29,003 nucleotides of DNA from a virus (Duplodnaviria > Caudoviricetes): IMG/VR virus record IMGVR_UViG_3300027804_000175, positions 1 to 29,003 of that record. One strand, written 5' to 3'. This document shows, piece after piece, positions 14,737 through 23,523 of this stretch. A program made the translations under genes and the position numbers. Positions within the stretch are counted from its first letter, which is position 1. Each line of letters opens with the position of its first letter. The notes under the pieces were generated by a model. It saw only the letters and a program-made list of their open reading frames with translations, made no database searches and had not been told where the DNA came from.

Positions 14737-15154
14737 CAGCAGTCAATTCCTGCTTCTTGAGGTTATTGGGGTCATACGACACATGAACCCAACCAGAGTC
14801 GGGTATACCCTGTGTGTAGAATTCCAAGATTAATTGTGTATAGTCCAAATTGTCCATAATCCATTGGGCGAGATCAGCATTGGCAACGCCAGCAATCTCA
14901 ATGTCTGCCGCCATACCTTTGCAGTGGTCTGAGGTCTTAGAACCACCAACAGCGGCATTGGACTCAGGGCTACGATAGGCAGAATTCACAGTCACAGACT
15001 TACCAAAATGCTCACGAACAGGCTGAAGCACCTTGTCGCACAAAGTCTTAAGGTTGTCAATGGCTTCTTCATCAGGTGTGTTGTCGATACCAAGACGGGT
15101 AGCGGTGTCAGATTTCGTTAGTTCTTTCAAAGAAAAATTGGCAGATAAGTTCAT
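14690..15154 (-). CDS. Endolysin, peptidase M15A family
   Basis: NFSLKEL, SAYRS, SDHCKGMAADI, WVHVS Zn-peptidase motifs. Confidence 0.92.
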   Translation of the reverse strand: MNLSANFSLKELTKSDTATRLGIDNTPDEEAIDNLKTLCDKVLQPVREHFGKSVTVNSAYRSPESNAAVGGSKTSDHCKGMAADIEIAGVANADLAQWIMDNLDYTQLILEFYTQGIPDSGWVHVSYDPNNLKKQELTAVKVAGKTQYLQGLQA

Positions 15155-15259
15155 TTATTTAACCTTTCGTTGTAAAAATTGATGGATTATGGGTGGAAGC
15201 TGTCACAAATGAGAGATAGGATTTTACTTGGCAATAGTGCCATAACCAAGGGGAATATC

Positions 15260-15559
15260 ATGTACAAGATTGAGATTAACATTGCAGAGTGGGAATTTGG
15301 AGATGACTCAGTAACTATTGAGACAGATGATTTTGACAAGATTGCAATCATCCAAGAATTCATCGAGTTCCAGCAATTGCATGGCTGGTGCGTTGATTAT
15401 GACGTTACCGAAGAATTTGCTGACAACCAGTCCGAAGAAGAAGTCAGCGAAGACGAAGTTGACGAAGACGAAACCTATGAAGACGAAGAATCCGAAGAAT
15501 ACGAAATCGGAGAGATCGTAGAAGACGAAGATGGCTTAGTCTGGGTTCGTGTGTCATAA
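15260..15559 (+). CDS. Extremely acidic small protein (DNA-mimic candidate)
   Basis: AAGGGG RBS before ATG 15260; about 38 Asp/Glu versus 3 Lys/Arg in 99 aa (manual count). Confidence 0.75.
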   Translation: MYKIEINIAEWEFGDDSVTIETDDFDKIAIIQEFIEFQQLHGWCVDYDVTEEFADNQSEEEVSEDEVDEDETYEDEESEEYEIGEIVEDEDGLVWVRVS

Positions 15560-15581
15560 TTCAGGTGCAGTTGTTACTTGC

Positions 15582-15609
15582 AGGGGGGTCTTAGGACTCC
15601 CCTTTTTTT
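15582..15609 (+). terminator. Intrinsic terminator after the acidic gene
   Basis: AGGGGGGTC-TTAG-GACTCCCCT followed by a T tract. Confidence 0.85.
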
Positions 15610-15820
15610 ATTCAATATCGTGATCTGCTTCTATGTCCCTAGCTAACTGTCGCCAATCAAGACTACGGCGGTAAAGCGTGTATATACGCTCTTCAGTTAA
15701 AGGTTCAGATCGGCGGTTGAGCCTGTCATTTGCTTGTGCCAAAGCAAGTTGCGTTTCATGCAATATATTATGCAGTTCTTTGATTTCTGATCTGAGATAA
15801 GCTACAAGGTCATACGTCAT
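15608..15820 (-). CDS. Hypothetical coiled-coil protein (MTYDLVAY...)
   Basis: AAGGT RBS; overlaps the phosphoesterase stop. Confidence 0.65.
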   Translation of the reverse strand: MTYDLVAYLRSEIKELHNILHETQLALAQANDRLNRRSEPLTEERIYTLYRRSLDWRQLARDIEADHDIE

Positions 15821-16766
15821 ATACCTTACCCCTAAACTCAACTTGACCTTCAGCCCATTTATGGACTAACTCAGGCCAAAGCAATTTCCCATTATGAAAT
15901 GTCAGTACAGCAAACCCTGACCTCCAGTTAGTAGGAGAGTCTTCAAGATAGTTTACAAACTGCGCCCCATCAATATCTGCCAATGTGCCTGTATCCACGC
16001 CAAACCTGTTTCCTTGGTAGTCAGCATACGGGGTCACTTTAAGGCTGTGTAGATGCCCTGTAACGATGCTTACGCCAGCATTGACTGTATTATTGTGTGT
16101 AGCGTGTATACCGCCCTTCCAGCGATGTTTAACCACTACATTCTCTGTAGGCCAGCAAGACCAGCATGGATGCCATGCAGGGAAATGATCTTTCAGGGAA
16201 AAGCCCTTAACTTGCTCATATTGAGGCGCATTGGCGGCTAGGCGGTTCTCAAACCTAGCATCATGGTTACCAAGTGTCCACACTAGGTTTACATTATGTC
16301 TTGCTTTCTTGGCGGCTTCCTCTATCTCGCCCATTGCCAGTTCACAGGCCTTCAACTCTTGTATAACACTTGGCGTTGAGTCCCATCCAATGCGAGGATA
16401 GCGAGAGATACTAGCGCCATCAAATATATCTCCATTGGCAATGACAGCCTTGGGCTGAAACTCCTTAATCGCCCAAAGAAGACCCTTGTACGCTGTTGTA
16501 TGGATGCTAGGCCAGAAGTGAGCATCACTAAACACCAAAACAATGCCATTCTCAATCCCCAATTGTTTGCGAACTGAATTTTCTTTGATGGTTTGATGCT
16601 TACTATTCTTTGACTTGAGTGATTCGCCGTACTTAACTTCTAAGTTGTTTTTGCGCCTAATGATATTACGCATATCCATGCCAACAGCTTTGGCAAAGGC
16701 ACTGGCAGATTCATAAGTTTTCCAAAGTTCAATGAACTCTTGATCGCTGTAAACAGTTTTACCCAT
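15810..16766 (-). CDS. Calcineurin-like metallophosphoesterase
   Basis: SDAH, NGDIFD, GNHD, KH and GHLH motifs. Confidence 0.9.
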   Translation of the reverse strand: MGKTVYSDQEFIELWKTYESASAFAKAVGMDMRNIIRRKNNLEVKYGESLKSKNSKHQTIKENSVRKQLGIENGIVLVFSDAHFWPSIHTTAYKGLLWAIKEFQPKAVIANGDIFDGASISRYPRIGWDSTPSVIQELKACELAMGEIEEAAKKARHNVNLVWTLGNHDARFENRLAANAPQYEQVKGFSLKDHFPAWHPCWSCWPTENVVVKHRWKGGIHATHNNTVNAGVSIVTGHLHSLKVTPYADYQGNRFGVDTGTLADIDGAQFVNYLEDSPTNWRSGFAVLTFHNGKLLWPELVHKWAEGQVEFRGKVYDV

Positions 16767-16823
16767 GACAACTCCAGTAAAGTTGTCTGAAATTAAACTA
16801 AATCAATGACAACAGCGTGAATC

Positions 16824-16859
16824 TTAACGTGATTTGTTCAAAGTTTGGTAAACATTGTT
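16824..16859 (-). pseudogene. Probable relic C-terminus of the i-spanin (NNVYQTLNKSR*)
   Basis: Sits at the far edge of the HNH cassette; length and V/L register match the current tail ESVRKSLIQVER. Confidence 0.55.
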
Positions 16860-16867
16860 GTTATAAT
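16859..16867 (+). promoter_or_regulatory. Extended -10 promoter for the antisense HNH gene
   Basis: TGTTATAAT about 70 nt before the ATG. Confidence 0.6.
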
Positions 16868-16935
16868 AGCGCAGAGAACAGGGATTGCAGTCCCTGCCTC
16901 CACTTTCCAAACCATTGTCAAGAAAGGACAACAGC

Positions 16936-17385
16936 ATGAACAAAGACGATTTTAAACACATTAATTACAACCCTGATACAGGTTTGTTTTTCTCCATCAC
17001 AAATATTGAAACGCCAATTGGCACAATCAATAAAAGTGGATATGTTATTTTTAGGGTAAATGGGAAATTACTATATGCCCATAGAGTTGCGTTTTTTCTT
17101 ATGCATGGTTTTTTACCAAAAATGGTAGACCATATCAATAGGAATCGATCTGATAATAGATTAGCAAATTTGCGTGAAGCTGATGCAAAATTGAACTCAG
17201 AAAACTCCAAAGGTTATGGAGTTACCAAGCCAAAACATACGAAAAAATGGGCTTCTTCTATAACGAATAATAGGAAGCGTATTCACTTAGGGTATTTTGA
17301 TACTGCCGAAGAAGCAAACAAAGCCTACCTCTTAGCAAAACAAAAATACCATCCTAACGCTCAACCTGAATCAGCGATTTCCTAA
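16936..17385 (+). CDS. HNH-AP2 homing endonuclease, antisense to the lysis operon
   Basis: AHRVAF...VDHINRNRSDNRLANLR; W.S.I..NRKRIHLGYFDTAEEA..AY; AAGGA RBS. Confidence 0.92.
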   Translation: MNKDDFKHINYNPDTGLFFSITNIETPIGTINKSGYVIFRVNGKLLYAHRVAFFLMHGFLPKMVDHINRNRSDNRLANLREADAKLNSENSKGYGVTKPKHTKKWASSITNNRKRIHLGYFDTAEEANKAYLLAKQKYHPNAQPESAIS

Positions 17386-17839
17386 CTGATTCATAAGCAT
17401 CAATACAAGCATTCAGTTGTCTGATGGCTTTGTCTCCATCGTCTGTGATGGCGACAAGAGATTTAGCAACCTCTCTGTCAAGTTCGGCTGTTGCTTGAAC
17501 GCTATCTCCGCTGGCAACGGGGGTATCTGTGGGGGCGTGTACGGGGCAGTCGGGGGCTTTGACAGGAATCCGCAACTTGAGAGCGCCAGAGTCAATGTCA
17601 AAGTTGCGCTTTTGTTGAGCAAGTTTCGCATCTAGATTTGCTTTCTGAAGTTTTGTAGATTGAGTCTGAACAGCGGCTATGAGGGCTTTTTCCTTCTCCC
17701 TAGCTTGGGCATTCAGGGCGGCAATCTCAAGTTGTTGACGAGTAACCTCATCATTTGACCCCTTGAGATAACCACCACCGAAAGAACTAACTACCGCCAT
17801 CAGGATGCCTAGAAGCACCCAAGGATTAAACAGGCTCAT
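17354..17839 (-). CDS. Rz-like i-spanin
   Basis: N-terminal TM helix; coiled coil; LKLRIP; DKAIRQLNAC; contains an embedded lipoprotein gene. Confidence 0.85.
   Translation of the reverse strand: MSLFNPWVLLGILMAVVSSFGGGYLKGSNDEVTRQQLEIAALNAQAREKEKALIAAVQTQSTKLQKANLDAKLAQQKRNFDIDSGALKLRIPVKAPDCPVHAPTDTPVASGDSVQATAELDREVAKSLVAITDDGDKAIRQLNACIDAYESVRKSLIQVER
17413..17631 (-). CDS. Rz1-like o-spanin lipoprotein embedded in the i-spanin gene
   Basis: Signal peptide with lipobox LSSC followed by a Pro-rich segment; alternate frame on the same strand. Confidence 0.8.
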   Translation of the reverse strand: MRNLLNKSATLTLTLALSSCGFLSKPPTAPYTPPQIPPLPAEIAFKQQPNLTERLLNLLSPSQTMETKPSDN

Positions 17840-18159
17840 GGTGCGGGTGGGTCATTGTCAGTTGCTTCAGCCTTGGCACTGGCATTGGCAATAGCCTTAA
17901 CACCAGAACGACCAGCAACACCACCAAGCACACCAGTGATAAACACCATGATGGTGCTGATCTGTTGGGTGTAAACCTTGTCGATTGCCGCCATACTGCC
18001 ATTCATAGGCTGTGTGACAAAAGAAACTGAGTACAGGAACATACCCATAGAAGCCAACAGAATGGTCACCAAGACCACAATGACAAATGCCCATACCCTG
18101 ACTTCAATCTCGTCAGCAGTCAGGCGATTATTAGGTTTATATCCAATGGTAGGCATCAC
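17836..18159 (-). CDS. Holin-like two-TM membrane protein
   Basis: Two hydrophobic helices; adjacent to the spanins. Confidence 0.6.
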   Translation of the reverse strand: MMPTIGYKPNNRLTADEIEVRVWAFVIVVLVTILLASMGMFLYSVSFVTQPMNGSMAAIDKVYTQQISTIMVFITGVLGGVAGRSGVKAIANASAKAEATDNDPPAP

Positions 18160-18341
18160 TTTTTCTCCTTTTCTGGGGTTACTAGAAACTCAGGGCAAGT
18201 ACCAGCGGCGGTACAGATTGGCGGCTTGCATTCAGCGTTTTGCCAATTCTGGGGGTCTTGGCAAGGATACCGATAGCGGTCATCACAACCAACTAACAGT
18301 ACCAGTAAAACTGATAAACCCCAAATACAGTAAATATTCAT
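18156..18341 (-). CDS. Small Cys-rich lipoprotein
   Basis: Lipobox LVGC; four further Cys in the mature part. Confidence 0.7.
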   Translation of the reverse strand: MNIYCIWGLSVLLVLLVGCDDRYRYPCQDPQNWQNAECKPPICTAAGTCPEFLVTPEKEKK

Positions 18342-18502
18342 TTCTGCTTCTCTCTTTCTTTCTGTTCAACTTGTCTTCTGAGTTTCTCGACCTTCTCTAC
18401 TTGCTGTTTGGCTTCATGCTTGGTTTGCAGTACATCCATGTACAACATACCCAAAATAGGCAACAGCAATATGACAAGAACACAAGCGGCAATCCATCCC
18501 AT
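18338..18502 (-). CDS. Single-TM plus coiled-coil protein (alternative start at 18625)
   Basis: TAATG coupling and GGAG RBS at 18502; MGWIAACVLVILLLP... Confidence 0.6.
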   Translation of the reverse strand: MGWIAACVLVILLLPILGMLYMDVLQTKHEAKQQVEKVEKLRRQVEQKEREKQK

Positions 18503-19191
18503 TACGCTCTCCCAATCCTGCTTACCATACCTATCATTAACCAAAGATATAGGAGGAACAGGAAAGCTACCAACAGGTATGCTTGTTTTTCTGCTAGGAG
18601 TCGCTCCCTTTCCTTTCGTAGCCATGCTTCTGCATCCCGCTTCTTCCTTGCCTTTTCTTGCTCTCCAGCAATGATGTCTCTCATGCTGAACACTTCAGAA
18701 TACAAAGCACCCATCTCAGGGGGCGACTGATAGACCATGCACTCTCGTATCTGAACTACCAATCTCTCCATCTCTTGTTGCGCCAAAACCCTGTTTAGGG
18801 CTTCTTCCATCAAGTTCACATCATCAGAAAAAACAACAGTCCTAGCCTTCTCCTCTGACTCCCTGATGTGCGCTTCTAACTGCTCCTGTAGCTTGAAAAA
18901 CTCAGTTAGGTTCTTAACTATCTCAGCTTTGACTTGAGTTTCGTCAACAGCAACAAAATCAGATTTTTTAGGCTTCCCAGCAGGCTTTGCAACTTGAGGT
19001 TTAGGTTTATTGCCAAAGAATCCAAGAAGCGTACCCCAGATTCCTTTAACCTCTTTGCCAATGGCAACAACTTCATTAGCAGTGTTCCTGATTTCAACAA
19101 AAGACTCTTTAGCTTGCTTGTAAAGGTCACAGCCAGCTTGGATGTTTTTAACCAAGCCAGCCGCAAGAAGACAAATAGAGATTGGGTCAAT
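18502..19191 (-). CDS. Coiled-coil protein with C-terminal TM anchor; probable ATT start
   Basis: GGAG-TAACAC-ATT GAC CCA ATC (xDPISICLLAAG) in frame with the TTG-started ORF at 19155. Confidence 0.7.
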   Translation of the reverse strand: MDPISICLLAAGLVKNIQAGCDLYKQAKESFVEIRNTANEVVAIGKEVKGIWGTLLGFFGNKPKPQVAKPAGKPKKSDFVAVDETQVKAEIVKNLTEFFKLQEQLEAHIRESEEKARTVVFSDDVNLMEEALNRVLAQQEMERLVVQIRECMVYQSPPEMGALYSEVFSMRDIIAGEQEKARKKRDAEAWLRKERERLLAEKQAYLLVAFLFLLYLWLMIGMVSRIGRA

Positions 19192-19194
19192 GTG

Positions 19195-20883
19195 TTACTC
19201 CAAATCTGTTGGGAATCTTAATTGTGGAGGCATACGTTCAGATTTGTTGTACTCAAAGATAGCACTTGGGGCTAATACAGCGCCAGCTTGAGGAGAAACG
19301 CCTGTCAACATTCCTCCAGCTTTCCTCATCAGATCAGGTCTTGAGCGCAACAACGCATCCAATGCCTTTTGACCAGCAGGGCTATACATGGTTGGAACTG
19401 TTGCCGCCAGAGGGATTCCAATTTGAGGTTGAGAAAGCATACCCAATCCACCAAGAGTAGATGCGGCAACTCGACCCTCTAATGTGGCTCTTGACTGATC
19501 TCCAAGTACATCAACTGCGGCATCTGATATTTCTTGACTCTTGGCGCTTCCTTTTGCAAATGCAGATTTGCGTCTTGTCATATCAGCCTGCCTGACAGCA
19601 GTAGAAAATTGCTTTGGTGTAAACACACCACTTGGAGCGCCAGAATTGGCGGCGGCAATGTTGATTACAGATAAGTCGGCATAAGCACTGTCAATCCTAC
19701 GTAATTTTGGCGTTTGCTTTGGGTTTTGAAAGTACAGTTCTTTTTTCATTACACCCAAAACATCGCTAAGTGCCTGACCAACATCTCTTTCTGACGCAGT
19801 GGAACTATTCATATAGTTACTTGCTTTTTTACGCAAGTCTGACTCAATGCCTTTAAATGTTTGACCATCTATCTTTTGACCAGAAAACTTCCCTAAAACT
19901 ATGTCGTTTAGTGTTTGAGCAACCTCTTGTCTCTGGTTTGGAGATAAATTTGTCTTCTTGCTCAAAGCAGAAAGGATATTGCTTGTGGTGGCAAAATCCA
20001 AGTCAAATGACATTTTTGACAAAACGTCATCGTATTGATTTGAAACTTGTTCTGATGCGTACTTGATTGCATCTCTGCCAATTACATCTTCAGGCAATTT
20101 ATCTTTGACTTTATCTAACGCCTTGTTAATCACGCCTTTATTAAAGTCAAACAAAACACGCTGTCTTGCGTTTTCTATACTAGAGCCGATCAAAGGTAGA
20201 TTCTGTGCAAATTCTTCTATTGACTTGAATTGACCACCCAAGGTTTGCCCTGTTGTTGGCGTGATACCTAAATCACGCATTGTTTGCTCGGCTTTAGAGA
20301 TAAGAGGATTCAATACTCGACCAGCACCAGCAACAATCCTTTCACCAAGTGGCGCAGTAACAGCACTAACTCCTACTTGCTCTGCTTTTTGTGGCAAGAA
20401 CTCACCCTCACCTGTAACAGGTTGCATTACTCCACTGGTAATGCCTCCCGCTACAGCTTGAGCCGTTTTTCCATAGCCAGCACCTCTGGCTAATTGAGCC
20501 GCCCTAGTAGCAGGAACAATACTCGCAGGATTTATGACGTTTCCAGCTAATCTTGAAAAATCAAATCCAGTCTCACCACGAGCCTGACGCTGTTGCTGAT
20601 AAGCCTGTTCTTCAGCACGAGCAAGTTCATCCATGCGCTGTGCCTCGCTTGTAAAGAACTCACTTACAGGGTTTTGATAAGCGCCAAATCCAGATGTTGC
20701 TCCAGCCAATGCACGAGGCAAAAGTTGAGCGCCTCCAGTAATAGGGTCTTTTAAACCCATTAAAAACCCTGAAGATGGTGGAGTTACTTGAGGTTCACCA
20801 GATATAGCTTGAGCAATCTGCTCATCAGTCATACCATCTGGAAACTCAATTACATCATTACCTACTTGAACATAGCTTGGCAT
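19195..20883 (-). CDS. Internal virion/DNA ejection protein (large)
   Basis: GGAG RBS before ATG 20883; IEFPDGMTDEQI motif; Ala/Gly-rich; third of three ejection-type genes. Confidence 0.7.
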   Translation of the reverse strand: MPSYVQVGNDVIEFPDGMTDEQIAQAISGEPQVTPPSSGFLMGLKDPITGGAQLLPRALAGATSGFGAYQNPVSEFFTSEAQRMDELARAEEQAYQQQRQARGETGFDFSRLAGNVINPASIVPATRAAQLARGAGYGKTAQAVAGGITSGVMQPVTGEGEFLPQKAEQVGVSAVTAPLGERIVAGAGRVLNPLISKAEQTMRDLGITPTTGQTLGGQFKSIEEFAQNLPLIGSSIENARQRVLFDFNKGVINKALDKVKDKLPEDVIGRDAIKYASEQVSNQYDDVLSKMSFDLDFATTSNILSALSKKTNLSPNQRQEVAQTLNDIVLGKFSGQKIDGQTFKGIESDLRKKASNYMNSSTASERDVGQALSDVLGVMKKELYFQNPKQTPKLRRIDSAYADLSVINIAAANSGAPSGVFTPKQFSTAVRQADMTRRKSAFAKGSAKSQEISDAAVDVLGDQSRATLEGRVAASTLGGLGMLSQPQIGIPLAATVPTMYSPAGQKALDALLRSRPDLMRKAGGMLTGVSPQAGAVLAPSAIFEYNKSERMPPQLRFPTDLE

Positions 20884-20884
20884 C

Positions 20885-22138
20885 TTATTCTCCAGAGATG
20901 GATTCAACTTTTTTGGTCTGTGGGTTATACCGCTTAGTTGGTTTTGGTTGAGATGGTATTGATTGGATTGGCTGTAAAGGTAAAGCCTCTCCAGTTTTCC
21001 CTGACTCTGCTTGTTTTTGCAAGCGAGCAATATTGTTGGCAATTTTCTTTTCAGCACTTGCCAAAATACGCCTCATGGATTCTGGTTCTAAGCGTTGATC
21101 GCCAGCAACAACTTTTTGCAGATATTTCAACTCCTCATTAGAGTCATTACCACCAAATTGTTGCAATCTTGGAATAACAATTTCGCCAATATTTGCCAAG
21201 AAAACTTCTGTGTTTTGAACTTTCTTGGGGTCGCCAATACCAGTGAATTTTGCAATAAAGCCTTTTTCAGGGCCATATGCTCCAGCATAGATTCCCTTGT
21301 CAATCAATTTCAAAGCATCACCAACACCAGTTTTTAAAGAGTATTGACTTTCAATATTTGCAACATTTTCTCCAATGACTTTTCCAGCCGCTTTAGCCGC
21401 CGCCCCAGTATCAACAGATATGCCACCAACAAATACATTTCCTTTGCCTTGAGCCGCACCTTTAGTTTCTTGATTTATGTAATCAAGCATTCGTCTTTGG
21501 AATGGCTCAGTATCTGGCGTTAAGCCAGCTTCAATAAGTTTTCTAGCAAAGTCAGAATACTTTTCTGGCTTCTCGCCTTGATAAATGGGTTGTCCAGTTG
21601 TTTTTGACACCAATGCGTTTCCAACAACAACAACATCATCCTTTGTTTTCTCAAGCAAAACTAAATCAGCAACATTTTGAGATTCTTGGTATTTAGCCAA
21701 ACTTTCAGGAGTGTATTTTCCAGAACGGATGATCTGTTGGAATGGGTCAGCACCTTGTCGCTCTCTAGTTCTTTGCTGAATAAGAGCATATTCACTCATG
21801 GCTTTTCTACCAGCATCAGCAACAGCTATAGCAAACTGTTGGTCACCAGATTGAGCCGCTATCTCAGCAATCTTCATATAAGAATTAGGGTCATTTGGAT
21901 TTAGTTGACTAGCCAACTGTTGACGCTGAGAGATCATCTTCAACTGTGGGTCTTCACCGCCCAATGCACCACCAATAGCACCACCTAGCTTTTGACCAGC
22001 AAGGAAAGTCCCATAATTAGCACGAGCCATTGGGTCAAGATTTGCATACTGAATAGCTTGAGCCTGTTGTGCTTGCTGTTGAGCAAGTTGGTACTGTTCA
22101 GGAGTAGTAAATAAACCAAGAATTTCTGAGGTTGCCAT
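20885..22138 (-). CDS. Internal virion/DNA ejection protein
   Basis: 417 aa, Gln/Ala/Gly-rich and helical; position after the tail genes. Confidence 0.7.
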   Translation of the reverse strand: MATSEILGLFTTPEQYQLAQQQAQQAQAIQYANLDPMARANYGTFLAGQKLGGAIGGALGGEDPQLKMISQRQQLASQLNPNDPNSYMKIAEIAAQSGDQQFAIAVADAGRKAMSEYALIQQRTRERQGADPFQQIIRSGKYTPESLAKYQESQNVADLVLLEKTKDDVVVVGNALVSKTTGQPIYQGEKPEKYSDFARKLIEAGLTPDTEPFQRRMLDYINQETKGAAQGKGNVFVGGISVDTGAAAKAAGKVIGENVANIESQYSLKTGVGDALKLIDKGIYAGAYGPEKGFIAKFTGIGDPKKVQNTEVFLANIGEIVIPRLQQFGGNDSNEELKYLQKVVAGDQRLEPESMRRILASAEKKIANNIARLQKQAESGKTGEALPLQPIQSIPSQPKPTKRYNPQTKKVESISGE

Positions 22139-22147
22139 GATTACTCC

Positions 22148-23212
22148 TTAAATTTGTTGTCCATCATAGGAAAAAGTAGATGGCTGTCTATAGTATTGAC
22201 CTTGAGCCGCCAACATATCATTTTGTGCTCCTGTCATTCCACTTTGAGTTTGACCACCTCCAAATAAGTTTTCAAATCCAGTTTGCAGTCTTGGGTTGCT
22301 ACCAAGTCCCTGTAACAAACCAGCTAAAGGACTATATCCTTGTCCAGCTTGTTGAGTCTTAGCGGCACTCATACCACCAGTTAACAATGATTGACCAACA
22401 TTACCACCATAAGCCGCCGCTTGACCACCCAAACCAGCACCCAATGTCAAAGGAGATTGACCCAACTTTTCAAGTGATTCACTAGTGCTTAAATAGGTTG
22501 TAAATGGACTCAATGCGCCAGTTTGACCAGTTTGGTATTGATTCAACAAATTAGAACCAGTTTCAAACAATCCAGTACCAAACGCAATATCCTTTTGACC
22601 AGCTTGCTGTGCTTGTGCCGCTAATGTTGCATCCTGTTGAGCAATAGCGTTGTAGTAGGCTTCTAACTCAGGTGTAGTCGCACCCAATCCAGCCGCACCA
22701 CTTGGGCGTGTACCTGTAGCACCTACAGATAAGCCACCACGACCTTGTTGGAATAACTGGTTCTGCAACTGAGCCATTTGACGCTCACGAATAGGTGCAA
22801 GCAAATCCTGTTGTTTAGCCATGTATTGAGCCGCAACTTGTTCAGGAGTCTGTGCAAGATACTGCTGACCCAAGCCAAACAAACCTGTAGCCGCAGTCTG
22901 CAATGGTGCATACTGTTGTCCAGCCTGTTCTGCTTGAGTTAAAGCACCACCAGTTAAACCCATCAAACGATCTTGATAGGCTTTGAGTTCGGGACTAACT
23001 GTATATCCAGCACCAGTTAAGTAGCCTTCAGGCGACATTTGAAAGTTGGAAGCGCCATAACGTGTAGTGATTCCAACAGGGCGAAATCTAGCCGCTTCAG
23101 CCGCTAACCTAGCCGCTTCACGTTGAGCCGCCGCAGATGTATTTGCCGCCGCCTCCATAGCGCCAGCTTGCTCTTGCGCCCCTAAAAATCCTAATACTGC
23201 ACTAATAGGCAT
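22148..23212 (-). CDS. Internal virion/DNA ejection (pilot-like) protein
   Basis: 354 aa, Ala/Gly/Gln-rich low complexity typical of P22 gp7-like proteins. Confidence 0.7.
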   Translation of the reverse strand: MPISAVLGFLGAQEQAGAMEAAANTSAAAQREAARLAAEAARFRPVGITTRYGASNFQMSPEGYLTGAGYTVSPELKAYQDRLMGLTGGALTQAEQAGQQYAPLQTAATGLFGLGQQYLAQTPEQVAAQYMAKQQDLLAPIRERQMAQLQNQLFQQGRGGLSVGATGTRPSGAAGLGATTPELEAYYNAIAQQDATLAAQAQQAGQKDIAFGTGLFETGSNLLNQYQTGQTGALSPFTTYLSTSESLEKLGQSPLTLGAGLGGQAAAYGGNVGQSLLTGGMSAAKTQQAGQGYSPLAGLLQGLGSNPRLQTGFENLFGGGQTQSGMTGAQNDMLAAQGQYYRQPSTFSYDGQQI

Positions 23213-23213
23213 A

Positions 23214-23522
23214 TCAATCCCCTTTAATCAAAATCTCATCCACTTTAGACGGGTCTTTCTCGTCTGTGGCATGAATGCAAAACCAAACACAATCAGTAAT
23301 CGCCTTAACACCATGAATCAATCCCGCCTTAATCTCAAGGCAAGCAGGAGCATTCACAATGTCAATCTCATCACCACGCAATACAGCAACTTTACCCTCA
23401 GCTAATATAGACAAATGGCTAAAGGTATGCGTATGCTTCAAGATGGCAGTACCCGCAGGAAACCTAGCTTCCTTGGCATACAGTCCATCAGAAAAGTGGT
23501 GTGTAATATTAGAATAATTCAT
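23214..23522 (-). CDS. Cupin-fold protein
   Basis: HHFSDGLYAKE, KHTHTFSH, G..H.V.A.TD.VWFCIH; likely start ATG 23522. Confidence 0.75.
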   Translation of the reverse strand: MNYSNITHHFSDGLYAKEARFPAGTAILKHTHTFSHLSILAEGKVAVLRGDEIDIVNAPACLEIKAGLIHGVKAITDCVWFCIHATDEKDPSKVDEILIKGD

Positions 23523-23523
23523 A

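Noticed and set aside
17978-18730. 250-aa plus-strand ORF and similar antisense ORFs (335-862, 26639-27241)
   Set aside because: Shadow frames of well-supported minus-strand genes with no RBS or motifs
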